Assembly: GCF_009914755.1 (NCBI RefSeq)
Contig: NC_060928.1
Strand: one strand, 5' to 3'
DNA: 64,000 bases
From: the human T2T-CHM13v2.0 reference genome, Homo sapiens
Part shown: piece by piece, positions 17,546 to 30,593 of the stretch
How the letters are laid out: each line of letters opens with the position of its first letter
How positions within the stretch are numbered: the first letter of the stretch is position 1
Notes under the pieces: model-generated
Seen by the model: only the letters and a program-made list of their open reading frames with translations
The model's database searches: none
Told to the model about the DNA's origin: nothing
Made by a program: the position numbers and the translations under genes

Positions 17546-18898
17546 GTTGATTGCTGTGCTTTTAGTTGACACTTTTAGCCTGTTTCAGAGGTTAAAAAGA
17601 AGCTCTCTGTTGTTCAGGTTAAGCCTCTTAGGCAGGCACTGTGTTACTGGGTTTTGAAGCTGAGCATTTCTCAATGATTTTGCCCAGACATTTGCAGTAG
17701 GTCTAAGAATAGCATTAATTTTTTCACTCAACCAGAGATAGGCAATCTTTTATTTTCTTCTCACCCATAGTTGCAATGTGTTTCTACTATCCTAAAAGTG
17801 TAATAGTATTTACTTTTCTTTTCCCAAAGGTTAACTTTTATGGAGATTAGCTTTTATGGAAGCAATAACATTAAGTTGAATAATTTTAAGATCTTGTCTT
17901 TCTCACTAGATAACTTAATCATCTAACTAAAACATTCTTAAGAATCCATTATGGTCTCAATAATATGAGAAAACAACCTAAAATTAAAATGATACAAATT
18001 TTTTTTCCCAAAAAATTATTCTTTATCTGTTAAAATTTTTATCCCACACTTCAAAACCAAATGTGTCTTGGCCTGGTGGATCATTCAGATATCCCATATA
18101 AAGGCCAATCTCATTTTCATAATCACCGTGACATTATTTAGAAAAGCACTAGAGGTACAGTAGAATAGTAACACTAGATGCAGTAGAATAGTTGGTGGTG
18201 ATGGCATTCCATTGGTAGTGCTTTCCTGTACCTCTGGAGTATATTTTGCAATGATTTAAAAACTAAAGATATTTATAAAATTTAAACACTGGTGAGAAGC
18301 AGATCTGAGAACTGAAGGCATAATATATTTGTTAAAAGCAGTTCATTATTTGACATCATGGAAACTCACTGAATAATCCCCAGTTCCCCTCTCCAGTGAA
18401 GTAGGAGTCATAATTTGGAAATGAACAAATGATAAAGAAAATGGGTACTGATCAGCCTAGTCTAATAATACAGAAAAATTTACCTTTTCTGAGATTAATT
18501 TTCCAAGGATTCACCCCACTGATATATTTCAGGAAGAATATATTGTTCTTTTTTGGAGAAGATATAAGTATACTTATTAGAGATACTTAAATTATCTGCA
18601 ACTTTGGGAATTCAGGAATGACAAGGGTTGCTACATCAAACAAATACAAAAGCAATTTTTTTTTTTTAGGTTTTAAATCAAGACACTTAATCTGTTGATT
18701 AACAATGGCAATCTTTCTAAAGTAGTAAATTATCCAGACTACATTTAATAATATAACAATTTGAGTAAATTATCAGTCACTTCTAATGACAAAAATCTTA
18801 AGTTTATTTCTTGTCAGTTTCGTTAGCTGCTTTGAATTATTTTCTTCTTCCTTTTAATATAAAATTGCCATGTACTTAAGATATTAAAAAGCGTATCA

Positions 18899-19655
18899 AA
18901 ATTAGTTCCACCATTATGGAAAGCAGTTTGGTGATTTCTCAAATAATTTAAAACAGAGCTATCATTCAACCCAGCGATTCTCTTATTAGGTATGTACCCA
19001 AAGGAAAATAAATTGTTCTATCATAAAGACACACACACCTGTATGTTCATCGCAACACTATTCACAATAGCAAATACATGGAATTGACCTATATGCTCAT
19101 CAATGGTAGACTGGATTTTTTAAAAAAGTGACACATACACTGTGGAATCCTACACAGTCATAAAAATGAATCAGATCATACCCTTTACAGAAAAGTGGAT
19201 GGAGCCAAAGGCCATTATGCTAGGTGAACTAAGACAGGAACAGAAAACCAAATTCCACATATTTTTATTAATAAATGGGAACTGAACATTGAGTACATAA
19301 AACCAACAGATCTTGTAATAATTCACTCACCTTCACAAGAACAGCATGGGGGAAAACACCCCTATGACCCAATTGCCTCCACGTGGTCTCTCCCTTGACA
19401 CATAGGGATTATAGGGATTGCAATTTGAGGTGAGATTTGGGTGGGGACACAGAGCCTAACCATATCAGTACACATACACACTGAGGCTTACTTCAGAGTG
19501 CAGTGTGTGAGGAGTGTGAGGATCAAAAAATACCTATTGGCTACTATGCTTGTTACCTGGATGATGAAATAATCTGTATACCAAACTCCCATGACATGCA
19601 ACTTACTTGTAAAACAAACCTGCACATGTACCCATGAACCTTAAAGTTTAATAAA
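18899..19655 (+). mobile_element. L1PA15/16-like 3' end, interrupted by a MaLR LTR fragment
   Basis: 'cataaagacaca...tgttcatcgcaacactattcacaatagcaaa', 'gaaataatctgtataccaaac...acaaacctgcacatgtaccc'. Confidence 0.85.
19298..19467 (-). mobile_element. THE1-type LTR, 5' half only
   Basis: 'gagatttgggtggggacacagagcctaaccatatca'. 5-bp TSD GTACA at 19293-19297 and 19468-19472. Confidence 0.85.
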
Positions 19656-22086
19656 TGAGTATCAGTGAATGAGATAATAAAAATGTTAGTTCAAAATATC
19701 AATTCTCATTAGTTTTTTTATACTAGCCATCTAATTATGATTTTTGATACAGGGCTAAATGTTTTTACCACTACTCTTTGGTTTTCAAAATTGATAAAGT
19801 AAAGAAAGAGGAAAGTATGCTTACTACTTACTGCCTTAAAGCAAAGTTCTGCTTTAGGCATTTATTTGTCTTCATATTAATTGATCATGGCAATGATAAA
19901 TCTTCACATAGAAAAGTTTAAAGCAACAGTTCTAGAAAACTGTGATGGCTTATTCTGAGCAATATAACAAAAAAAAGATCTCTTTCAAAAGGCTGTACAC
20001 ATACGTATAAAGACGCTTTTAGATAATGACTAAGTTAAGCAATATGAATTAGTTGGTTAATTCATAGCTCGTGAAGACATTTACAGTAGCAAAGCTAATC
20101 ATTTACTTTAATTAAATCTTTCTTCATTAGGCACATTTGTGACTATTAGTAAGAGATAATGCACTGAAATGTTATAGACATACGACACGTTTATTAATAC
20201 TAGAAATCTAGGCATAAGAATAATTTCACATGTTAATATTTAGACACTCACACATATACAATCAATACTTAATTCTATAAATGGACATTTTCACTCTAAA
20301 TAAAACACAAATATTTAAACTATCAATTTTCCATAACTGCAAAGCTTTGCCTGTGTATGATCATTAATAGAAAAAAAGATGAGCATTAAATTATAAACAT
20401 ACAGTCTGGCAACAGCTCCATTGAAAAAAGAATACTTATGAGCAAGGTCCTAGTCTTATCTTACTCCTAAGGCTGAGCCATAAACTACTACATTACAGTG
20501 CTTTATTTATATTAACTCTAAAAGAAGAAACAGTGGGACATTTTGACCCTTAAAAAAATAATGAGAGCCATTCCCTCCAGGTTCTTTCTTTATCTAATGT
20601 GAGAGAGAAGAAAAAAATGGCTACCAGTCTAGTTAGTTTAGCCACTGGAAAATTAGATTCACACCTCCTCTTTATAATCCCCACATGATTTGTTATAAAC
20701 TTAGTTTAGATGCCCAAAAGTGTAAATGAATTTGAGTGAGCATTGTGACGTCTTCATTTATCAAATTAATGGACCACGAACTTAGCAATCAGGAGATGGC
20801 CTGAAGAAAATAGGGCCCCAAAAAAGCAAGTTTTCCTTTGTGATAAGAAGTAGAAATTCTGAACCCAGAAGACATATCTGCTTTTGGAAAAGTGCCAGAG
20901 TAACGGTGCCTGAGAAATCAGTAGTAAGGTGACTTTTCAATGTAGAAGGAAAGTACCATAGAGGAAATAGAATTCATGATGAATGCATTCTGTCTTAGAC
21001 CATGTCTAATACCTAATTTGATAGGAACTGTTTCTTCTCCTTCTTCTCCCCAGAGGTCTTCAGTAACTTCTACCAGTTCCCTAATCTACACTAATCGAAA
21101 TCCCTTTACACCCAATTACATAGTTGCATCACAGAAAGAGCTAAAAAATTATACTCAATCGGACGCTCAGGAAATTTGGAAATGTATATGTACATGTAAT
21201 GGCAACATTTTCCTGGTTAAGTCATTCCCTTCATGGTCTGCGATGCTATGTTGAGCAGATTCAGAACTATTTCCCTTAGGAAAGTCCTGATTCTGTGTTG
21301 AGGATTCTTGCTACCCACCTTATTCAGTGGAGAAGCCTAGCCTCCAATTATGAAAAGAATATAAATCATACCTTATAAGTAATTTGTAAATTTAATTTTT
21401 ATTCAAAACTCAGTCTAGTGTGAGACAGTAGTATCTGAAGCAGATCAAAAGTAATCAATTTTAAGGCAATGAAAGTTAGTGATAATTTTTAAACGAGTAA
21501 ATTAAAAGTTAAACTTATAACAGAAGTTTCAGACAGAATTCAGGGCTCTTTCTACACCATTTATCTCAATCACAACTCCAGATACTTCAAAGACTATTGA
21601 GATCTGTGTATTGTAAGTCTTTTGTCAAATAGTAACATTAGGCCTGTCAACAACTGCCTTGAATGTCCAGCTATTTAATATCAGCTAACTTTAGCTGAAA
21701 TATGTTATTTCAAAGGACCATTCTAAGGTGTAAGTTAGCCATTCACTCCTTAATATATTTAGGCAAAATGGTCTTACACACAAGAAGCTGTCTTCAGAGC
21801 ATTTCTAACTACCAGAGTGTGTCTAGAACAGACCTTTCCAGCAGTATTCTGTGGCATACTGGGTGAGCTCCATGGATTAGAGATAGAACAGCTAAAAAAT
21901 GTGCAGTCCAATCTGAGAGCTATTCAAAAGTGAAAGTAATGCTAAAATTATTGTAATTTAATAATTGTGAAATGTGATTTAATACATTTTATTTTATTCT
22001 CTATATATTTATTTTCAAAATAATTTCCTACAAAATAAAAATACTACGTTACTATGTACATTAAAGCAATAAAACATCTTAATGTT

Positions 22087-22402
22087 TGATATGTTTTGCC
22101 TTGTGTCCCCACGCAAATCTCCTTGAATTGTAATAATCCCTATATGTCAAGGGTGGGACCAGGTAGAGGTAATTAGATCATGGTGTCAATTGCCCCCATG
22201 CTGCTCTCCTGATAATGAGTAAGTCTCACAAGATCTGATGGTTTTATAAACGTCTGGCATTTCTCCTGCTTGCACTCATTCTCTCTCCTGCCGCCCTGTG
22301 AAGAGGTGCCGTCCACCATGATTGTAAGTTGCCTGAGGCCTCTCCAGCCACACTAAACTGAGTCAGTTAAACTTCTTTTCTTTACCTAATCTTAGGTATT
22401 TC
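22087..22402 (+). mobile_element. THE1D-like LTR, last ~25 bp missing
   Basis: 'tgatatg...gtgtcccca...agtctcacaagatctgatggttttataa...catgattgtaagtt'. Confidence 0.85.
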
Positions 22403-22647
22403 TGGGTATATTCAAAATTTCTTTTGATTTAATTAATTTCTGAGTCATTTATATTTATTTGTTGATAGTATTTATCTAACCACTTTATTTTACACTTGTT
22501 ATCAATATCTTAATATTTAGTAACCTGTAATATTTATGAGTTGCAGTTTATGGCTTATATACTTGAAAATGATTATTTTGATAGATTCTTCTCAGTAAAT
22601 ACTGAGTATTTACTCAGAAAATACTCAGTAAATACTGATACTGGTAT

Positions 22648-23004
22648 TGATATAGTTTGGCTCTGTGTCCCTACCCAAATCTCATCTTGAATGTTGAGGG
22701 AGGGACCCAGTGGGAGGTTATTGGATCATGGGGGTGGTTTCCTCATGCTGTTCTCTTCATAGTGAGTGAGTTCTCAAAAGATCTAATGGTTTAAAATTGT
22801 TTAGCAGTTTTCCCCGTTCTCTATCTCTCTCTCTCCTGCTGCTGTGTAAGACCTGTCTTGCTTCCCCTTTGCCTTTCACCATAATTGTCAGTTTTTTGAG
22901 GTCTCTCTAGCCATGTGGAACTCTGAGTCAATTAAACTTCTTTTGTTTATAAATTACCTAGTCTTGGGTAATTCTTTACAGCAGTGCAAAAATGGACTAA
23001 TACA
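22648..23004 (+). mobile_element. THE1D/MSTA-like solo LTR, complete
   Basis: TG...CA termini ('tgatatagtttggctctgtgtcc' to 'ggactaataca'). TSD GGTA(T/C). Confidence 0.9.
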
Positions 23005-23512
23005 GGTACTGATATGATACACCTTGTAAGCTCAGATCAAAGTCTGCTAAACAAAAAACATTCTTAATTGTAATTTTTTTTGTCTAAAAGTTTCAGCCTA
23101 AATATTTTCTTAGCTATTATATTTTTGCCTTCAATCAGTGTTCCCTAGTTCAAGAAATCGTTTATCAAAACCCATATTAATTCATTGTTTCTATATTGAT
23201 TCTATTCAATGTTTCATGAAATTTAGATACTACCAAAGTATAGGCACTCTCAAAACTATTATTTTTTTTGTAGTGTACCATATCAGAGTGAACCTCCTTA
23301 GGCTGCCTTTTCAGAACTATGAATTTAATTGTAAAATTAATATTGCCTATTCAGCTGTATTAAAGATTGATCTAGAAGGATCTTACCTATCAATGGCTGT
23401 ACACTTCATCATATCTGCAAAGCCCTTTCTGATATATAAAGTTACATAGTCACTGGTTCCAGGGGTTTGAGGGCTGACATAATTGGGGGCCATTGTTCTA
23501 CCACATACAATT

Positions 23513-23808
23513 ATAGCCATGCATTGCTTAACTGCAGGGTTATGTTCTGAGAAATGCTTTGTTAGGTGATTTCACCCTCGTGGGAACATCGTAGAGTGTA
23601 CTTACCTAAACCTAGGTAGTATAGCCTATTGCTCCTGGACTACATACCTGTACAGGATGTTACTGTTCTAAATACTGTAGGCAATTATAACACAATGGTA
23701 AGTGTTTGTGTATCTAAATATGGAAAATATATGGTAAAAATACTGTATATAACTTTTGCGTATGCAGTCCATCATTGACTGAACTGTCATTATGCAGCAG
23801 ATGAATAT
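23513..23808. mobile_element. Tigger3a (MER7A)-like DNA transposon
   Basis: 'ttctgagaaatgc...gaacatcgtagagtgtacttac...aatactgtaggcaattataacacaatggtaag'. Confidence 0.8.
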
Positions 23809-23988
23809 GTTTTTATAAAAATATTTATTTTTAAAACATATTTTGAATGAAATATGGTATATTTAATTTTTAAAGATTTTTATTGTGAGATAAAAGCAAG
23901 AAATGTATATCATCTGGATATCACAGCTCTGATACAATTACTGTCATATTATCAGGAAAAATTTTAAGGACATGAATCTTAGTGATAA

Positions 23989-24300
<312 letters not shown>

Positions 24301-24714
24301 TTAAGTGGGTAAATTAAAGTCTCTTTTTTTTTTATTCATTGGCACTTCAATATATTGACTCTTCAATAATGTAAAGCTCCTCCTTCAATCCAACCTCTCT
24401 GAATTTTCTTTCAAGTTTCAGTGGGCCTAAATTCCTTTTATTTTTTTAAAAAAATCTTTTTACAGTAATTTTAATGAGATTTGGTGGAAGCAAAACTCTC
24501 AGTGCCAACAATGTGTGAGGAGGGTTAAATCAGGGAACATACTCACGCATTTCACAGTATTAAAGAAAGAAAAGTTATGTGTATTACTTGATTGTGTACC
24601 TATTCAAGTAACATGGGTGGTAGGGGAAGAAAAGAAATATTTAAAAATAAGAAATATGAGCTCTTACAGAATGTAATTTTTAATTAAGTGCATTGTGTTT
24701 ACAAGTTACTCTCT

Positions 24715-24897
24715 AGATCTGTTCAAATGAAAATTTTCTATATCCCTGGTCTAATAGGGTAGCCACCAGCAACAGGTGGCAATGCAGCACTTGAAATATG
24801 GTTTGTATGACTGAGGAAGTGAATTTTAATGGAATTTTTTAAGTTTAAATATACATAGCCATGCACATCATGGTCACTGATTGAGGCAGTGCAGGTC
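24715..24897. mobile_element. MER3-like fossil
   Basis: 'ggtagccaccagc...gcacttgaaatatgg...tgactgaggaagtgaatttt'. Confidence 0.6.
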
Positions 24898-25349
24898 TAC
24901 TTAAAGAATCAGAAAAAATTATATTTAATCCTTGTAATACATTTTTAAAAATATTTAATGTGTATTTTATGGAGCTTTAGGCTAAGTATATATGTCTTTT
25001 TAATGTAGGCTATGATATAGAATTTTGTCCTTCAGAAAATTTAAAATCACATTCAAAATCACAACAGGAATGTATAATAGCAACCAACTTCATCAAGCGA
25101 ATCATATTTTCCCTTTTTTTTCTTTCTTGCAATTTTAATGTCTTCTTTTTAAGTTAATGTAAACATTTTCTTAAGAAAATGGAAGATGAACCGCAGCAAC
25201 AATATAACTGGCTCAAATGCTTCAGCACTGAAAACAAAGCAAAGCAAAGCAAAACAAAACAAGCAAAAAGCCTCTTATAAATAAATGTTACAACCATTAA
25301 GTGTTTATCCATAATGCTGATTCACATAGTTTATCTGCTTTGCATTTGA

Positions 25350-25660
<311 letters not shown>

Positions 25661-28528
25661 TGATTATGAAATTTATTGTGGATTTTGTGATGTAAGTTCA
25701 TAAAAATGCAAAAATTGCCCTTTTCTTTCCTTGAAGGCATTATAAAATCATCAGCTGCGGTAACTTTTGTTGCTATCATTACCATCAAAACAACAATGCA
25801 TCTTGAATTATTTTAATATAATGACTATTTTTGTAAATTTTATTTCAGATCATCCATTCAACATTCATCTTTAATAATCCAACAATTTTCTTTTACCGGA
25901 ATTCAGTTTTTTAAGATTCCATTTCCATCTCAATGTAAAATAAACCATCCAACAAACAAATAAGTAAACTACAAATAAATAAAACTCCCAAAATCCAGTA
26001 TTAAAATATTATTGTTTATGCCTTGGATATCTATTCTCCTGGGGCATAAGAAATTATTTAATTGATAATCAAGTTAGTATTGTGCCTACGTCAGAAATAT
26101 CTTGAAGAGCTACAAACTAGTCTACACCCTGTCAAATAAGTGCCCCAAGATATAATAAATTAAACTAACTTTTTGATTAAAAACCAACTTAGTGGTTAAT
26201 TATAATTATGTGTAGAGGAACAATTGGGTATTTATTGTATGGATGTTTCACATTTCAGTCATGGCTAAAAATCTAGGCATTAGCATCATATAATGACAAT
26301 TACATGCACACATCAAGCTTCAGTAATATGCCTCAGTCTTCCAAATTTTATTTTAGGTAAAGTTATGCATATATAAATTTTAATTGGTATAATATTGTTG
26401 ATATTGAAATTGCATTCCTATGAATTTCTTATTTTACTTGTTCCTAAATTAAGAGTGGATATAAACATGTAGGTAATTATGCAAACATATACTTGAATCA
26501 AATTCTTATATAATTTTAGCTTAAAATTTAGCAATAAGCATCATTATATAATCATATTGAGAGAAATTTTAGCAATGCTTTGAAGATAATCACAAATGTT
26601 TAGAATTTTAGAATAGTTTAGTTATATAATACATGTCCTCTCATCTGTAAATGAATATTCAGTTTGTGGCCTAAAGCTAGTGTCAGACTTTTGGAGTTTA
26701 TATATTTTTTAATAACTGTGAGATTTTTAAATTAATATATTTACATTCTCTTTCATGGTTCCTCTAGTGATCAACAAAATATCTGTTGAGTTGATTATTT
26801 ACAAAGTTGAGGCTCTTGCTATTCAACATTCCTGATTTCAAAGATTTCCCAAATAGCTTTTACCACTACTAACCAAAGTGTATTATCTAACACAGATGCT
26901 AACAATTTTAATCCTCATCCAATAATTTCCTTTCTATTGCATACTCAGTAAGCAACAAGAATTCTAGTTCATCAGAAAGTGGTTGTGTAGTTCAATGAAT
27001 GCTATTTAATTGCCATAATTTTTATAGCATTTTTCCCCTGAATATATGTCTATTTGTTAAACTATAAACAATCAATTGACTTTGTTAAGTAGTCCAAAAA
27101 GGAAGAATACTCTAGCCAATGTGAACAGATGAGTATATAAATATGTAAATGTATAATATTGTTTATCTTTTAATGTAAAATTTGGAAAAATGCTATGAAC
27201 AGAGAGAGAAAGTCAGAGATACAAAAGAACATTACAAAACTGTCCTCTTGTACTAATGATACCTGAAGAAAATAAAATTACTGTCTATAAAACATTGCCT
27301 TGCAGGTGGCAGAATGATTGTGCTGTGTACATATGTCTTTTTAGATTGGATAAATAGCATAATTGGATCATGTGAGAAGAGAAAAGGAGGTTCACAAATC
27401 ACATAAATTAACCCAGAATAAGTTATTTGTAGTGATCTTTCATCTAGTATGCATAATGGCTAGCTTCTTATTTCTACTTGTGTGTTTTCTTTAAGGCAAT
27501 TTGATAAGCGTTTACCCAAAAAATTATCTGAGAGGAACCTCTTTTATGAAGCAATGCACATTTTGTTTTTGACCTTTTTCTTCATCTAGTTAAAGAGTAG
27601 GACAGCTAGAAATGTTTCTGCTCATAAGAAAGATGACAGTGATACAGGGATTTTAATAATGAATAGCTAACATCTAACAAAATTTGATTATTTAACAAGA
27701 ATATTGACAAGTTAATATCAATTTTATCCTGTGTTGTGTTTTTCCTAGTGATTTGCCTATCGCTGGTAAAAATCCACTCATCCATGTCTATCTAAAATCC
27801 AACCATCCATGTCTATCTGAACTCATTTTCGAACTCTTTCCTTGTTATATATACTACATTTAATGAGGAAAAGATGCATTGTGTGGTTTGATATATTTTT
27901 TAACATGCTCATTTTACTTAGACAAATCTTGTCCCATCTTATGTTCTGCTATTTGCAGTGCTTTTTGATCTTGCTTTCTTCCACATCATGATGGTATGAG
28001 GAAATATTTGATGTGAAAGTATGTGTGTGTGTATTTCCTACACTGTCTGGTATAGTGCTAAAACAGCAATTATTAACTGTTCCAAAAATAAGAATGTACA
28101 CATATACACGAACATATAAATCCGTAATAAATTATGTCACATGAATAGAACTGATCAGCAGAAGTCACATTGCTTCTATGCATAATAACAATAGTGATAG
28201 CTGTTGTATAACAGCAATGTAATAGTAGCAATAGTTTGATCATGTAAGAGAGTTAACTTTTGAGTCAATAATCAACTTTTTCCTAGAAATATTTAAATGA
28301 TAGAACGTAAAATGCAAAATGATTGCTACATCAGAAGTTTTGTCAGCAGCCACATGATCTAAGAGATACAAACTTTGAATAAATAAGTAAATATCCAGAG
28401 AAATCATATTTGCTATTAAAAAATAAATAAAGCCAAACATAACTCCATGTGATTCTGTGAGTCCTTCTTATTTTGAAAATACTAGGGTTTAAAACAAAAA
28501 TTAAATGTTTGTTATATTACACTGTCAT

Positions 28529-28612
28529 TGTGTGTGTGTGCATGCAAGTACATAAAGAGAGTGAGAGACAGAGACAAAGAGGCAGAAACAGAGAGAGAAA
28601 GAGAGAGAGAGA
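28529..28612. repeat. (TG)n plus a GA-rich tract
   Basis: Seen directly. Confidence 0.8.
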
Positions 28613-29098
28613 AAAGACTACACCATGATTTAATATAATGTCATAATCAAAGTTTCAAGATCTGCTTATTAGAGGTCCAGAAAAATCTTAAGTCAAAGGA
28701 ATAAAGGAGAACAGGACAAACACTGGGACAGCAGGGAGCAATTTTTTTCACCTGGGAAACCAGACAAGCAAAATGCACATCCCACTGTGATGGCCTTAGT
28801 AATAATGGGCTTTTCAATCTAAGAAAAAAGAAAAGGATGTAGAGTTGGAGATTTTGGAAAGTAGCAAGACTCAGCTACCTGCAGCCTTTATTAGGAAATT
28901 GCTTTCAATACACAGGAAAGAGTTTGGATTGAATCTTTCCACCCAGAACCTGCTGACAGGCACTAGGCAAATGATAAGACCCCTCCTCCAAAGCTGACAT
29001 ATTAGAGCTGGAAATGGGGAAAGCCAAAAGCAAGTCTCAGTCCAGGAATTCTGGTTCAAGTCATCTCTACATTTTAGAGTTATAACTACTGTTATAGT

Positions 29099-29122
29099 TG
29101 TGTGTGTGTGTGTGTGTGTGTG
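29099..29122. repeat. (TG)n microsatellite
   Basis: Seen directly. Confidence 0.9.
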
Positions 29123-30184
29123 GTGTATGCGTGCATATGAATATATGTGTTTGTAAAGATTAGATTATTTACATGTGTTAAATACAAGTGGTTTTTTAAC
29201 AAATATTTCCAACAAATGTTTCTATGAGATATACAAGAAGGACTGAAACATTTAAATGAGAAATTTTTTGAGTAGCTGCCAGTAAGAGTGGAGTAGACTT
29301 GAAACTGACCTATAAAGGAAAGTATCAGTTATTTCCACCTTCGAAGTAATGCCGTTTCTTTTTTGATATGTACTCATTTTCAGGTATTCTTTGCACTTTT
29401 TTTTTTTACTAGGGATTTTGGGATATCTACCCTGACTGGAAAAAACAAAATATTGTAGCAATTTCCCTGGGCTCACCTAAATATGACAAGTGTAAGTTAC
29501 CAGTATTTCTGATTAAAATATTGTTTTATTAAGTTGCATTTTTCAAAATGAAAAAGAAAAGAAAAATTAAATGTACAAAAAATACACTGAGTACACTGAA
29601 ATCAATATGGGAACATTTTTATAGTTAAAAGCTTTAATCTTATAATTGATATCCAGGACTAAAAATTGCTGAGAATAAGAATAAACTAAGCACAGCCAAT
29701 ATGTTAGTTTAATGCTTCTCTTGTGATAAACACTTTTATTACCTATTGTTTCTCAACACAGTATTGTGAGGTGGGTCTCATTTTATTCTCATTTTTTACA
29801 CAGGAGAAATTTGGCTCAAGGAAATAAAACTACTAAGCAAGAAACTCTGACGAGTAACATATAGTATTTAAAAATTGTTACACAAATGTGTTTTATATAA
29901 ACAGTAAGGATTTTCTATTTAACAAATATTTATCAAGTATTTTATATACTTGGAACCTTGTAGATAGTTGTGTTATATGGATAAAACAGATTTGATGTCA
30001 TCTCCAATACAACCTATAAGTCTAACAGCTTAATTTTAGTGAAAATCAAATTCAATATGTGAAGACTATAATAGAGAGAAAATGCACCTAACTTTATCTT
30101 GCAGATAATGAAAGATATTCTGGAAGATGAGGATTCTAAGTTTAGTTTTAGAGTAATGAGTAAAACTAAGCAATTAAAAATGTT

Positions 30185-30420
30185 TAACAGCCTGAAATCT
30201 CCAGCCAGACTGCCTGGGTTTATGTTACAGTTCCCAGTTCACTAGCAGGGTTTGTTTAAGCTAATTAGAAAATATGTGCCTCAGTCCCCTTATGTGTAAA
30301 GTGGGGATAATGGGCCATCTTTCATAGGCCTGCTGTTAGATTTAAAGCATTTACACATGCATGTTGCTTAGAACAGGGTTAGGTATAGAGTAAGAACTAC
30401 AAAATTTGGTTATTATTATT
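30185..30420 (+). mobile_element. MIR SINE
   Basis: 'gccagactgcctgggtt...tgtgcctcagt...tgtaaagtggggataat...gcttagaacag...ttattattatt'. Confidence 0.7.
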
Positions 30421-30593
30421 TAAGACATGATATGCAGTAAATTCATAGCACCCACTAAAATATGTAAGTGAAGTCCAGGAGGAAAAACAACAACATGTTA
30501 TGTTTATAGAGCCACAGAAATTCAGTGAATGTACATGGAAGATGTGGAGTGGGTAACGGGGCTACAGGTAGGTAGTAAAGGCTAAAGTCATAG

